Sequence record: PZ674596.1
Reading direction: 5' to 3' (one strand)
From: a phage
Length of the DNA: 64,000 nucleotides
In this document: positions 19,623 through 29,922 of the stretch, in pieces
How positions within the stretch are numbered: the first letter of the stretch is position 1
Layout: every line of letters starts with the position of its first letter
Notes under the pieces: model-generated
The model's input: the letters and a program-made list of their open reading frames with translations, nothing else
Database searches by the model: none
Told to the model about the DNA's origin: nothing
Program-made: the position numbers and the translations under genes

Positions 19623-21938
19623 ATGATAAGCATCGTAAAACGTAACGGCCAAACAGAGCCGTTATCCGAAGAAAAATACAACCGCGTCGTAATGTATGGC
19701 GTAGAAGGCATTCGTGGTGTAAGCGCATCCGCTGTAGCAATGGGAGCTGCGGCCAGCATTTTTGATGGGATGACCACCAGCCAGTTGCATGAGGCTTTGG
19801 TTAAATCTGCCGCTGATTTGATCTCACCAGAAGCACCAAATTACTCACAGGTGGCTGCCCGCCTGAACATTTTTAAAATCCGCAAAGATGCCTTCGGTCG
19901 TTACGACTATCCGAACTTCTACCAACACATTGTCAAGAACGTTAACAAGGGCGTTTATGACAAGGATTTGCTGACACATTATTCGTTTGAAGAGATCGAA
20001 GAACTCGGCAATTACATTAAGCCTAAACGTGACGATCTTTTTGGCTATGCAGCTACGGTGCAGTTGCAAAGCAAATACCTCGTTCAAAACCGTGTTACTG
20101 GTGAGATTCATGAGGGGCCGCAACATATCTATATGCTGGTAGGCATGTGTCTGTTCCAGAATTGGGAAGACGACTGCGCTGGCAAAACACGTATGGAGAT
20201 GGTCAAAGGTTTCTATGACGTTACAAGTACGTTCAAACTGTCTCTGCCCACACCAATCATGGCCGGCGTCCGTACTCCAACCCGTCAGTTCTCCAGTTGT
20301 GTGCTGATTGAGTCTGGCGATAGTCTGAAAGGGATTAGTGCAGCTTCAGCCGCAATTATCGACTACGTTTCACGTCGTGCTGGAATTGGTATTGGTTTTG
20401 GCCGTATCCGTGCGCTGGGCAGCGAGATCCGCAATGGTGAAGCCACCCATACCGGAGTTATTCCATTCCTGAAGCATTTCCAGACGGCTGTTAAATCTTG
20501 TTCGCAAGGTGGTGTTCGTGGTGGCGCAGCAACAGCGTTTTACCCGATCTGGCATCTTGAAGTTGAAAGTCTGCTGGTGGTGAAAAATAACCGTGGTATT
20601 GATGAAAACCGCGTTCGCCATCTTGATTACGGCGTCATGAGTAACCGTCTAATGTACCGTCGACTCGTCAGAAGCGAGAACATCACTCTGTTCAGCCCGC
20701 ATGATGTGCCTGATATGTACGAAGCCTTCTTCACAGACCAGGAGCTGTTTGAAAAGCTGTACCATAAATACGAAGCCGATGATTCAATTCGCAAGAAGTC
20801 AGTACCTGCCATTGAGCTGTTCTCATCTCTGATGCAGGAACGAGCGTCCACGGGCCGAATTTATATTGCGAACGTCGATCATATTAATGAGCATGGCGCT
20901 TTCATTCCTGCTCTTGCACCTGTCCGCCAGTCAAACCTGTGTATGGAGATCACCCTACCCACCCGTCCACTGGCATTTACCGACGACCCGAACGGTGAGA
21001 TCGCGCTATGCACTTTATCCGCTTTTAACCTCGGAGCCATCCGTTCACTGGAGTCTCTTAAAGAGGTGGCGTTCTATGCCGTTGCTGCACTGGATTCGTT
21101 ACTGGATTATCAAGACTATCCGATGGAGGCAGCCGAAGTGCCTGCCAAAGCTCGTCGTAGCTTGGGAATTGGTGTAACCAACTTTGCTTATTACCTGGCA
21201 AAGAATGGCGTTCGTTATTCTGATACCGCTGGCAATAAACTGGTGCATGAAACGTTCGAAGCTATCCAGTATTACCTTCTTGATGCCAGCTGCCGACTTG
21301 CTGAAGCAAAAGGTGAGTGTGACTGGTTTGAGCAGACCAAATACGCAATTGGTCAGTTGCCGATCGACCATTACCGTTCTTCATTAGACGAAAGTGGCGA
21401 AACCAACTTTGAGTTAAAGATGCCGTGGGAAGAACTGCGTGAACGTATTGCAAAATACGGCCTTCGCAACTCCACACTGACGGCACAAATGCCATGCGAG
21501 ACTTCCAGCCAGATCACTAATTCCACCAACGGCATCGAACCGCCTCGTGGCCCGGTGTCGGTGAAATCTTCTAAGGACGGCATCGTTAAGATGGTCGTGC
21601 CTGAGTTTGAAAAACTGAAGGAACAGTATGAATACCTGTGGGATATGCCGGACAACCGCGGCTATCTGACAAAGGTGGCGATCATCCAGAAGTTCTTTGA
21701 CCAGGCTATTTCAGCCAATACCAACTATGACCCTTCTCGCTTTGAAGGCGATAAAGTCCCAATGATGACGCTACTGTCAGATTTGCTTCTCGCCTACAAG
21801 ATGGGAGTTAAAACGCTTTACTACCACAACACCAGAGATGGTGCAGGAAAGCGTGATGACGACGAACCGCAGAATCCACTGGCGCAAGCTGTAGCCGTCG
21901 AGCCAGAAGATGAGTGCGACGGAGCCTGCAAAATCTGA
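19623..21938 (+). CDS. nrdA: ribonucleotide reductase class Ia large subunit
   Basis: 771 aa; active-site region SNLCMEITLP and overall NrdA-like sequence. Confidence 0.9.
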   Translation: MISIVKRNGQTEPLSEEKYNRVVMYGVEGIRGVSASAVAMGAAASIFDGMTTSQLHEALVKSAADLISPEAPNYSQVAARLNIFKIRKDAFGRYDYPNFYQHIVKNVNKGVYDKDLLTHYSFEEIEELGNYIKPKRDDLFGYAATVQLQSKYLVQNRVTGEIHEGPQHIYMLVGMCLFQNWEDDCAGKTRMEMVKGFYDVTSTFKLSLPTPIMAGVRTPTRQFSSCVLIESGDSLKGISAASAAIIDYVSRRAGIGIGFGRIRALGSEIRNGEATHTGVIPFLKHFQTAVKSCSQGGVRGGAATAFYPIWHLEVESLLVVKNNRGIDENRVRHLDYGVMSNRLMYRRLVRSENITLFSPHDVPDMYEAFFTDQELFEKLYHKYEADDSIRKKSVPAIELFSSLMQERASTGRIYIANVDHINEHGAFIPALAPVRQSNLCMEITLPTRPLAFTDDPNGEIALCTLSAFNLGAIRSLESLKEVAFYAVAALDSLLDYQDYPMEAAEVPAKARRSLGIGVTNFAYYLAKNGVRYSDTAGNKLVHETFEAIQYYLLDASCRLAEAKGECDWFEQTKYAIGQLPIDHYRSSLDESGETNFELKMPWEELRERIAKYGLRNSTLTAQMPCETSSQITNSTNGIEPPRGPVSVKSSKDGIVKMVVPEFEKLKEQYEYLWDMPDNRGYLTKVAIIQKFFDQAISANTNYDPSRFEGDKVPMMTLLSDLLLAYKMGVKTLYYHNTRDGAGKRDDDEPQNPLAQAVAVEPEDECDGACKI

Positions 21939-22044
21939 CATATGGTGGGGGATATCCCCACCTTCTCTTTGATTTGTAAGCCTTGTTTAAACACATAAGA
22001 TAACAACTTGTTTAAACGCACCAAAAAAGAAAAAGGAAAAACAC

Positions 22045-23187
22045 ATGTCATATTCAACGTTCCGTTTGGGTGCTAATGATGCAACCAAAGAGCCTATGTT
22101 CCTCGGACAATCTGTCAACGTGGCACGTTACGATCAGCAAAAATACCGTGATTTTGAAAAGTTGATTGAACGTCAATTGTCTTTCTTCTGGCGGCCGGAA
22201 GAAGTTGATATTTCGAGCGATCGTATCGACTTCAACACGAAGCTGCGGGACCACGAACGTCACATTTTTCTGAGCAATCTCCGTTATCAAACGTTACTCG
22301 ATTCAGTTCAGGGACGTAGTCCAAATGCAACGCTGCTGCCGCTTATCTCTATTCCTGAACTGGAAACGTGGGTTGAAACGTGGTCTTTCTCTGAGACTAT
22401 CCATAGCCGCAGCTACACCCACATTATTCGTGGCATGGTGGACGATCCGAGCATTGTTTTTGACGGTATTGTTACGGATGAAGAAATCATCAACCGAGCG
22501 ATCAGTATCTCTGCTGAATATGACAGGCTTTATGGGATGACCTGCGAGCGCCAGTCGTTAGGTGAGAAGGAATTTGAGCGTCTGTACGTAAATGAATATG
22601 GCTGGGAGCCATACCCTTTGCATCGTCAGCTTTTCCGCACGTTGGTGTCCATTAATGCGCTTGAGGCGATCCGTTTCTACGTAAGTTTTGCATGTACGTT
22701 TGCCTTTGGTGAACGGAAGTTGCTTGAGGGTAACACCAAAATTATGCGCTTTATTGCCCGTGATGAAGCTCTGCATTGCGAAGGAACTGAACGCATGATC
22801 CGCTTCATGCGTACCGGTCGCGAAGGTTTATTGTGGAAAGAGATTGCTGCTGATGAAGAAAACGTCATTTACGACACCATGAAATCAGTCGCCGAACAAG
22901 AAATGAACTGGGCAGACTATCTCTTCAAAGACGGTTCGATGATTGGTTTAAACGCGGATATTCTCAAAACCTATGTAAAATACCGCACCAATCTGGCTAT
23001 GAATCGTCTTGGCCTGAAGGCTTTATTTCCAGAAGTTACCACTGATCCGCTGGTCTGGATGAACAAGTGGTTGTTAACCGACACACTGCAAATTGCACCA
23101 CAAGAGGCAGAGCAAAGCACATATCTGGTAGGTCAGATCGATTCTACCGTGGATAAGGCTTCTCTAAGCCAGTTTGCAGACCTGTAA
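22045..23187 (+). CDS. nrdB: ribonucleotide reductase class Ia small subunit
   Basis: 380 aa; di-iron ligand motifs SETIHSRSY and DEALHCEG; start context AAAAAGGAAAAACACATG. Confidence 0.85.
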   Translation: MSYSTFRLGANDATKEPMFLGQSVNVARYDQQKYRDFEKLIERQLSFFWRPEEVDISSDRIDFNTKLRDHERHIFLSNLRYQTLLDSVQGRSPNATLLPLISIPELETWVETWSFSETIHSRSYTHIIRGMVDDPSIVFDGIVTDEEIINRAISISAEYDRLYGMTCERQSLGEKEFERLYVNEYGWEPYPLHRQLFRTLVSINALEAIRFYVSFACTFAFGERKLLEGNTKIMRFIARDEALHCEGTERMIRFMRTGREGLLWKEIAADEENVIYDTMKSVAEQEMNWADYLFKDGSMIGLNADILKTYVKYRTNLAMNRLGLKALFPEVTTDPLVWMNKWLLTDTLQIAPQEAEQSTYLVGQIDSTVDKASLSQFADL

Positions 23188-23264
23188 ACCGATACAAAGC
23201 ATTATGTGGCCTGGCAACGCTGGGCCACAATGGATCACAAGAATTAAGAAGGAGCAAAACTAGC

Positions 23265-24134
23265 ATGAACTTTACCAAACTGACTGACCACCTGAAACTT
23301 GCCACCGATCGACTCATTGGATTTAAGCCAGAACCATATGAGTTGCATGAAGGCCATGGTGTAGCCACTGAAAGTATTTACAAGATGGTCGATCAGTTTC
23401 ATGAACTCTTCCAGCATCCGAGACGCGTTATGCCGACACCAGAGCTGCTTCGTCTCCGTGCAAGCCTGATTCATGAAGAAGCTGTAGTGGAAGGTATTCC
23501 AGCCGCAATGAATGGGGATATTGAGCAACTGCTGGATGCAATGGCCGACTTTTTATACGTTGGTGTTGGTACGATGGTCGCCATCAAAGGTGGTATTTCT
23601 ACCGGCATGACTTATTACACGCAGGAACAGAGCATTGATCGCTTTATGCAGACAATTTTTGTGCCTGGTAACACTGTTTTCGATGATATGGCAATGCCAT
23701 TTCAGGAAGCTCGTGAGGCGTCATGTATGCTCGAAGAGCTGGCAGATAAACTTGAGAAGAAGACTGTTAAGGATTCTGAGCTGATTCAGGAACTGCGCCG
23801 TGTAATGAACAAAATCTATGTGGCGTGCATGATGACTTATCGACTGGCTGATTTTCTCGGTATCAATGTCGTCGAGCTGGTTGGCGAAATTCATCGGTCC
23901 AACATGACAAAATTATGGCCTGCAGATGCCGAAGAGCGTCGCCATGCTGTGGCCAACTGCAAATACGACTCTTCTGACCTGGGATTTCGCCATGCTGATG
24001 GCACCGATAAGATGATCGGTTTTCGAATTTCCGATGGAAAGATTCTGAAGTCTCCAACCTATAGTGATGTCGATTTATCCTCCTTTGTTGAGCAAGCTAA
24101 AGCCTCAGCAATGTACGGAATGATCAAAAAATAA
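23265..24134 (+). CDS. putative MazG-like all-alpha nucleotide pyrophosphohydrolase
   Basis: 289 aa; EExxE..D-like acidic motifs (HEEAVVEGI..DIEQLLDAMAD; EELADKLEKK); tentative. Confidence 0.35.
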   Translation: MNFTKLTDHLKLATDRLIGFKPEPYELHEGHGVATESIYKMVDQFHELFQHPRRVMPTPELLRLRASLIHEEAVVEGIPAAMNGDIEQLLDAMADFLYVGVGTMVAIKGGISTGMTYYTQEQSIDRFMQTIFVPGNTVFDDMAMPFQEAREASCMLEELADKLEKKTVKDSELIQELRRVMNKIYVACMMTYRLADFLGINVVELVGEIHRSNMTKLWPADAEERRHAVANCKYDSSDLGFRHADGTDKMIGFRISDGKILKSPTYSDVDLSSFVEQAKASAMYGMIKK

Positions 24135-24203
24135 TTGTAGGTAGTTATCTATCTGTGTATATTGCGCTGGCGCGTTAAATTTCTGAAACAACTATTCGTT
24201 TTT

Positions 24204-24228
24204 GGTGGCCTATGGCCACCATTTTTTT
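24204..24228 (+). terminator. Rho-independent terminator
   Basis: GGTGGCC-tat-GGCCACC followed by TTTTTTT. Confidence 0.7.
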
Positions 24229-24305
24229 ATCTGTCTGGTCTTGTTCTCTCAATAAATGTAAACTCACGCAATGAATAAGTGGTTACTTATCTTTGTGAGG
24301 TTTTT

Positions 24306-25409
24306 GTGTCACTCCTTTTGAATCGTGAGCATACGAACGGTCAGGTAACAAACGCATCGTATGCAAAAGTTATTGAGACGGTGCTTAAAAGCGGCGTGCA
24401 GGCTGATGATCGCACAGGCACTGGTACTTTAAGCACCTGTTACGTTCCCTCTTACTACATGCTTACTGGTGGGACTGTGCCGCTTATTTCTGGAAAGGCG
24501 GTAAATCTTAAGCCACTGCTTGTCGAACTTGAGTGGTATCTGAAAGGCACGGGCAACATCCAATTTCTCAAGGATAACGGCGTTAAGATTTGGGATGCAT
24601 GGGCCGATGAGAATGGCGATTTGGGGCCGGTTTACGGTAAGCAGTGGCGTCGATGGGAAGATACCCGCATCGTGAGCCATAGTGAATATCTGAGCAAGAT
24701 CGCTACTTTCCGTGAACGCGGGTACAAAGTCGAGGGATACCTGGGTATCAGTGAAGATCGCGTAGTGCTGTCCCGTGAAATCGATCAGCTACAGCGTATT
24801 GTCGATACACTGCGCACGAACCCTACCGATCGTCGCATCATGCTTAACGCATGGAACGTAGGCGAGCTTGAGGATATGAAACTGCCACCTTGCCACTTTG
24901 TCTTCTCTTTGTGGAGTCGTGAGCTGGATTTTGAAACCCGTTTAACGATGGCAACTGACATTGGTCTTCAACACAGTCGCCTCGGTTACGAGTCTATCTA
25001 CACCAAGATGCTATACGATCTGGAGATAGACGGCAGTGTTACTGAAGCTGAACTGGATGAACTTGGAATCCCCAAACGCATCCTCAACTCCTGCCTCGTA
25101 CAGCGTAGCGTAGACACTTTTGTTGGTATGCCATTCAATATTGCTGGCTATGGCATTCTCACTCATTTTCTCGCGAAGATTACGGGTCACATGGCCGGTG
25201 CATTTGTGCATTTTGGCTTTGACGTGCATTTGTACAACAACCACATGGAAGGTGTGTGTGAGCTAATGCAACGACAGGCTCCAGAGCATTCAGATCCGGT
25301 CGTTATATTCCCTAATGAATGGTCTGAGCTGGATGATTTCAAATGGGACGAGATTCTTATTCTTGGCTATGCCCCTCTACCGTGGATCAAGGTTCCAGTG
25401 GCGGTGTGA
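24306..25409 (+). CDS. thyA: thymidylate synthase (ThyA family, with insertions)
   Basis: ThyA motifs DRTGTGT, DRRIMLNAWNVGEL, PPCH, GMPFNIAGY; start uncertain: placed at in-frame GTG 24306 after GAGG, since table GTG 24279 lies inside an operator-like palindrome. Confidence 0.8.
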   Translation: MSLLLNREHTNGQVTNASYAKVIETVLKSGVQADDRTGTGTLSTCYVPSYYMLTGGTVPLISGKAVNLKPLLVELEWYLKGTGNIQFLKDNGVKIWDAWADENGDLGPVYGKQWRRWEDTRIVSHSEYLSKIATFRERGYKVEGYLGISEDRVVLSREIDQLQRIVDTLRTNPTDRRIMLNAWNVGELEDMKLPPCHFVFSLWSRELDFETRLTMATDIGLQHSRLGYESIYTKMLYDLEIDGSVTEAELDELGIPKRILNSCLVQRSVDTFVGMPFNIAGYGILTHFLAKITGHMAGAFVHFGFDVHLYNNHMEGVCELMQRQAPEHSDPVVIFPNEWSELDDFKWDEILILGYAPLPWIKVPVAV

Positions 25410-25410
25410 T

Positions 25411-25824
25411 ATGGCAAGAGGTATGTATGTCTTATGCGAAATTGAAGGTGTGCTGGCAAATACCAGCCATCGTAAATCTGTATCTGACTCGGATGCAGGC
25501 CAATTCATTGCCGGTGATGAACTCATTTTCCCCACCAGCCGTATGTTGCGTGGTTTTGCTCGCTCAGGGGCTGAAGTGGTGCTTATCAGTAGCCGCTCTG
25601 AAACTCTTGAAGCGCCCACTAAACGATGGCTGAAAGATTTTGGTGTTGATTACGACTGGCTTCACCTCGTACCGAATAGCACCAGTTATGAGAAGCATAT
25701 TAAGCGCACATTAGCGGAGCATAAAGGCGATCTGCTTATCGCTGCGCTGGTGCACGATCCTCGACTCCGTGCCGCTTTAGCTGACTCTCATCATAGACCG
25801 GTCATCTATGAGGTGAGCAAATGA
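25411..25824 (+). CDS. hypothetical protein
   Basis: 137 aa from ATG overlapping thyA stop; upstream part of table ORF overlaps thyA. Confidence 0.4.
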   Translation: MARGMYVLCEIEGVLANTSHRKSVSDSDAGQFIAGDELIFPTSRMLRGFARSGAEVVLISSRSETLEAPTKRWLKDFGVDYDWLHLVPNSTSYEKHIKRTLAEHKGDLLIAALVHDPRLRAALADSHHRPVIYEVSK

Positions 25825-26297
25825 AGATGATAGCTGCTGTTGGCCGTAACTATGAGATCGGCATAGCGAACGAACTGCCCTGGCGTTGTTCTACCGATCT
25901 GAAGCTATTTAAGAGACTCACCAAAAACGCCACTGTCGTTATGGGGCGTAAAACGATGGAAAGTCTCAAACGCCCTCTTCCAGAGCGTCATAACCTCGTT
26001 TTGACGCGCTCTCATGGCTTTGTACCAAATGGATTCTACCCTGCTGGTGTGGATGATGTGTTGCGATTACCAGAGCCTGTGTGGGTGATTGGCGGGGAAC
26101 AAATTTACTCGCTATTCATGCCGCATGTTGAAGAGATTTGGCTCTCCCACATCGGCGTTGATGTGCCAAACGCCGATGCATTCTTCCCGGCAAGCATGAT
26201 GCGTAATTTAGGCTTTGTGCCTGTTGAAACAGCTTATACCCAACGAGCCAGCGAGGAAGAGCCTGGCTTTTCGCAGATCGTATACAGAAGGTCGTAA
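25821..26297 (+). CDS. folA: dihydrofolate reductase
   Basis: 158 aa; DHFR-like N-terminus MIAAVGRNYEIG..LPW and VVMGRKT; adjacent to thyA as in T4 td/frd. Confidence 0.85.
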   Translation: MKMIAAVGRNYEIGIANELPWRCSTDLKLFKRLTKNATVVMGRKTMESLKRPLPERHNLVLTRSHGFVPNGFYPAGVDDVLRLPEPVWVIGGEQIYSLFMPHVEEIWLSHIGVDVPNADAFFPASMMRNLGFVPVETAYTQRASEEEPGFSQIVYRRS

Positions 26298-26941
26298 TGG
26301 ATTACCGGATTGGGATCACTGGTGCTCAGGGCAGTGGGAAAACAACCCTGGCTAAATATATCGACAAACATTACGGAATCCCTTACGTGGATGCTGGTGT
26401 CGGAAGTTTGATGAGCCGCCTCGGTGTTCGAGTAGGTGATTCTATGCCTCTATATGAGCGGCTTCAGATTCAAATGGAAATAGCAAAGCATATAGAGCTA
26501 CTTACGCGTGGTGCTGAAGGCTTTGTTATCGATCGCACACCTGCTGATGTTATGGCCTACACGTTGGATTTGGTCGGCCATACAAATGAAGATCGGTGTA
26601 TTGAGTTAGCCCTCGATATCGAAAAGTTTTGCCACAAAACTGCTATTTCAAACTTTAACGCCATTGCTGGCCTACGCCCGGGGGGCGCTCTCTCAGAGCG
26701 AGATTACTTGCGGTCACAACGAGCATCATTAGACCGTCTGTATGTCGCTCGTATTGATGCGTTGATGTGCGGGGAACTGACAAAAATTCACCTGCATCCG
26801 CAAAGGGGAGATCTGCAAACCTTCGTCGTTTCCAACCGGTATCGCACAGTTGAAGCAAGAGCCAGATCAGTGATGAGAATGCTAGATAACGCTGTAGAAA
26901 AGATAGAAAACCGGTTCTGTGGCCGAGTGACCGTTCATTAG
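26297..26941 (+). CDS. P-loop nucleoside/nucleotide kinase-like protein
   Basis: 214 aa; Walker A GITGAQGSGKTT at N-terminus. Confidence 0.5.
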   Translation: MDYRIGITGAQGSGKTTLAKYIDKHYGIPYVDAGVGSLMSRLGVRVGDSMPLYERLQIQMEIAKHIELLTRGAEGFVIDRTPADVMAYTLDLVGHTNEDRCIELALDIEKFCHKTAISNFNAIAGLRPGGALSERDYLRSQRASLDRLYVARIDALMCGELTKIHLHPQRGDLQTFVVSNRYRTVEARARSVMRMLDNAVEKIENRFCGRVTVH

Positions 26942-27002
26942 AAATTGTTCGCCTCTTCGACATTGCGACAATAAAACTCTCAAAATGGGTTAAGGATAAA
27001 AA

Positions 27003-27422
27003 ATGTTTAGTGAAATGTTGCTTGAAGATGAACTGGATCGGAAAACAACAGAGGCTTTGATTCGTGTAGCGGACGAACATTCCCGGTCGCTTATGAGCGA
27101 TCGAGAGGCTCGTCTGGCTATTCGTGCCATATTCGAAACTGCGCAGGGGCTTGTTGGCGCACAAGTAGGTGAAGCCATTAACATCGCCATGTCTCAGTTC
27201 AGTGAAGACAGTAAAAAGCCTCTGTTTCCTATGCATTTGATGCTGGCTGGTGGCACGGTGCTTTATATCTCTGTTTGTCTGGATAGCAACCAAATCAATA
27301 TTCTCAACACTGCGTCAGGTAAGTGGAAAGATCCGATTGTCTGTGAAACCAGTGAAGAAACTTTGAAAAAAGCGGCTCAATTTGTACGTAGCGCACTACT
27401 TAAGGGCGCTAAGAAGTTGTAA
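27003..27422 (+). CDS. hypothetical protein
   Basis: 139 aa; no recognised motif. Confidence 0.45.
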   Translation: MFSEMLLEDELDRKTTEALIRVADEHSRSLMSDREARLAIRAIFETAQGLVGAQVGEAINIAMSQFSEDSKKPLFPMHLMLAGGTVLYISVCLDSNQINILNTASGKWKDPIVCETSEETLKKAAQFVRSALLKGAKKL

Positions 27423-27431
27423 GGAGTAGTA

Positions 27432-28226
27432 ATGGGACAACCGGTAGACATAACAGGTAAACGTTTTGGAAAGTTGGTTGCACTTAAATATTCCGGTATT
27501 TCAAACAAACAAGGGCGACTTTGGGATTGCATCTGCGATTGCGGCAACACCTGCCTGGTTAGTTACGGGAAGCTAAATCACGGGGCGACAATATCGTGTG
27601 GCTGTGTCTACAACGCACATCGCCGTAGCGTAAAGCCTCATGGTATGAGTAAAACGCCAATTTATCGTATATGGCTGGGTATGCGGGAACGATGTGAAAA
27701 ACCAACCCATCACGCCTATAAGTGGTATGGCGGCCGAGGTATCAAAGTCTGCGAGCGGTGGCAAATATTTGAAAATTTTTATGCTGACATGGGAGAGCGA
27801 CCAGAGGGGATGTCTCTTGATCGCAAAGATGTGAATGGTGACTACGAACCTGAAAATTGCAGATGGGCGACTTTTGAAGAACAGGCCAATAACACGCGTT
27901 CAAACTTAATTTTGGAGCATAAGGGGGAAAAGCTGACTCTCTCACAATGGGCTAAAAGAGCCGGGATTCAGACATCAACTCTTCACTATCGAATCAAGAA
28001 AGGGTGGCCATTAGATCGCGCGCTTAACGCCAGCGTCGACACGTATGCCAACCGAGATAGTAAGCGTCTGATCGAGTGTCGCGGCAGAACTCAGCGAATT
28101 ACCGAATGGGCTAGAGAGGTTGGCTTGACTGCGACCATTATCTCGCAGCGAATTTTGAGGGGGTGGGATGTTGAAGCTGCCATCTTCACACCGTCCAAAC
28201 GACCAGTAAAAGGAGATAAAAAGTGA
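27432..28226 (+). CDS. HNH endonuclease (homing-endonuclease-like)
   Basis: 264 aa; Cys cluster CDCGNTC..SCGC and HNH-like core DRKDVNGDYEPENCRWATFEEQANN. Confidence 0.6.
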   Translation: MGQPVDITGKRFGKLVALKYSGISNKQGRLWDCICDCGNTCLVSYGKLNHGATISCGCVYNAHRRSVKPHGMSKTPIYRIWLGMRERCEKPTHHAYKWYGGRGIKVCERWQIFENFYADMGERPEGMSLDRKDVNGDYEPENCRWATFEEQANNTRSNLILEHKGEKLTLSQWAKRAGIQTSTLHYRIKKGWPLDRALNASVDTYANRDSKRLIECRGRTQRITEWAREVGLTATIISQRILRGWDVEAAIFTPSKRPVKGDKK

Positions 28227-28771
28227 TTGCTACAGGGGTGGACATCGAATCAACAGGTCTTGATTTCCTCTCAGGCCATAAAATCATTGAAATCGCAATG
28301 GTGAAGTACGAAATTGAGACACAGACAATGGTTGATAGTTTTGTAATGCGGTTCAACCCGCGTCGCAGTATCGATCCGAAAGCGCAAGCGGTACACGGCA
28401 TCAGTCTTGAAGATTTAGCCGCCGAGCCGTTACTAGCCGATCACGCTTCATCTGTCGCTTCGTATCTCTCTTCTTCCGATATTTGGATAGCCCACAACGG
28501 CGAAGCGTTCGATATTCCGTTTATTAGGCATGAGCTGAAAAGTTACGGTTTTTCGCTTCCAGACATCCCATTGATTGACACTCTATTTTCCCTGTGGGCC
28601 ACAGAAGACGGTAAACGTCCCCGCCTTGAAGAGTTGGCCTTCTCTCTTGGCTTTATATACGATCATGCCAAAGCACATAGTGCCTTATATGACACAAACT
28701 TAATGATGCAATGCTTCTTTAAGGCACGTAATAAGTACGGATTTTTTAAATTACCCTCTGAAATTGTGTAA
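28223..28771 (+). CDS. DnaQ-like 3'-5' exonuclease (DEDDh)
   Basis: Exo motifs GVDIESTGLD, HNGEAFDIPF, H-x4-D (AHSALYD); GTG start after AAAGGAG. Confidence 0.8.
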   Translation: MIATGVDIESTGLDFLSGHKIIEIAMVKYEIETQTMVDSFVMRFNPRRSIDPKAQAVHGISLEDLAAEPLLADHASSVASYLSSSDIWIAHNGEAFDIPFIRHELKSYGFSLPDIPLIDTLFSLWATEDGKRPRLEELAFSLGFIYDHAKAHSALYDTNLMMQCFFKARNKYGFFKLPSEIV

Positions 28772-28775
28772 AACA

Positions 28776-28814
28776 AAAGCCTACTTTAAAAAGTTTAAAG
28801 TAGGCTTTCTTTTA
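28776..28814 (+). terminator. Rho-independent terminator
   Basis: 15-bp stem AAAGCCTACTTTAAA / TTTAAAGTAGGCTTT followed by T-rich run. Confidence 0.7.
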
Positions 28815-28929
28815 AAGAACAGTCGCCTTTCAATCATTTCCTGCCTGTATTTAATACTTTTCCGCCTGATAGGTTTAGTCAAAATGCAGCCATCGAAACG
28901 CAAATGTAACCAAACAGAAGGAGACTTAC

Positions 28930-29739
28930 ATGAGTTCGGTTGAAAATGTAATGACAAATGATGATCTGGACGAGCTGACAGCCATGTTGCAATCACTTGA
29001 TGAACCAGTAAAAAAAGCTGCACAGGTTGAAAATACTGATGATATTGACGATCTGCTGCTCGGCCTAGATGCTGGCGTAGCCATGAGTTCTGATGATGTT
29101 GCCGAAGAACTGTTCAATGAAGAAAAAGCAGGTGATTTCAGCTCTGCTTTAAATGAGTTGGAGTTAGCGCATGAGCCTATAAACATAATTAACGCTGAAA
29201 GTGTTGAAGCTGCCGAAAACGAGCCAGAACAATTGGGATTTATTGAGGTTGAAGAGTGTGTTGAGGTTAATGATGAATTAAAAGTTCAACAGTCAAATGA
29301 TAGCAATACAAATAAAAAAGCTCGTACTGCAAGAGGTCCTCGTTTTACTTTAAGTGATAAAGATGATTCGTTTTTCAATAAAGCGGGCTTAGAAAAAGAT
29401 ATTTTCTTAGACGCTTACGATAACGCGCCTGTCAAAGCAAAGGATAAGATATTAAACCTTCTTAATTGGTTTAGCGGAGGTCCAGATATTAGTGTTTACA
29501 CGGTAATTTCCATGAGACACCTTCTCACAGAAAAGAAGGCTACAAGTAATAGTATTAAGATTGCTTTAATGAGCAATCCAGAAAAACCGTATCCGCTTAA
29601 TACTGCGTCAACTCAGGCTGGGCAAATGATGGCTGTATTTCCAGCGACAGGAATTGCCGTTAGAGACGGTGGAAATCTAACATTGAACGAAGAATCACCG
29701 ATCGTTAAGAAGTTTGTCGCGGAGTACACTATTGGATGA
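28930..29739 (+). CDS. acidic hypothetical protein (candidate DNA mimic)
   Basis: 269 aa; N-terminal ~120 aa very rich in D/E; RBS AAGGAG. Confidence 0.5.
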   Translation: MSSVENVMTNDDLDELTAMLQSLDEPVKKAAQVENTDDIDDLLLGLDAGVAMSSDDVAEELFNEEKAGDFSSALNELELAHEPINIINAESVEAAENEPEQLGFIEVEECVEVNDELKVQQSNDSNTNKKARTARGPRFTLSDKDDSFFNKAGLEKDIFLDAYDNAPVKAKDKILNLLNWFSGGPDISVYTVISMRHLLTEKKATSNSIKIALMSNPEKPYPLNTASTQAGQMMAVFPATGIAVRDGGNLTLNEESPIVKKFVAEYTIG

Positions 29740-29813
29740 CGTTCCCCTACTTAAAATAAAGCCCATAGAGAGCTTTATAGTACTGGGTAAGCCAATCACA
29801 TACCCAGCACCAC

Positions 29814-29860
29814 AAAAACGCGCCAGAGAGCTTCTCGTTTGCATTTCTGGCGCGTTTTAT
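29814..29860. terminator. bidirectional hairpin terminator
   Basis: AAAACGCGCCAGA...TCTGGCGCGTTTT perfect inverted repeat. Confidence 0.6.
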
Positions 29861-29922
29861 TTGATTGCCAGACATAAAATCAAATGCAAAAATAGGTATA
29901 TACTTACCTATCGAGAAAGAAG

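Noticed and set aside
26655-27293. 212-aa minus-strand ORF
   Set aside because: Antisense to the kinase-like and following plus-strand genes, which have better start contexts and coupling.
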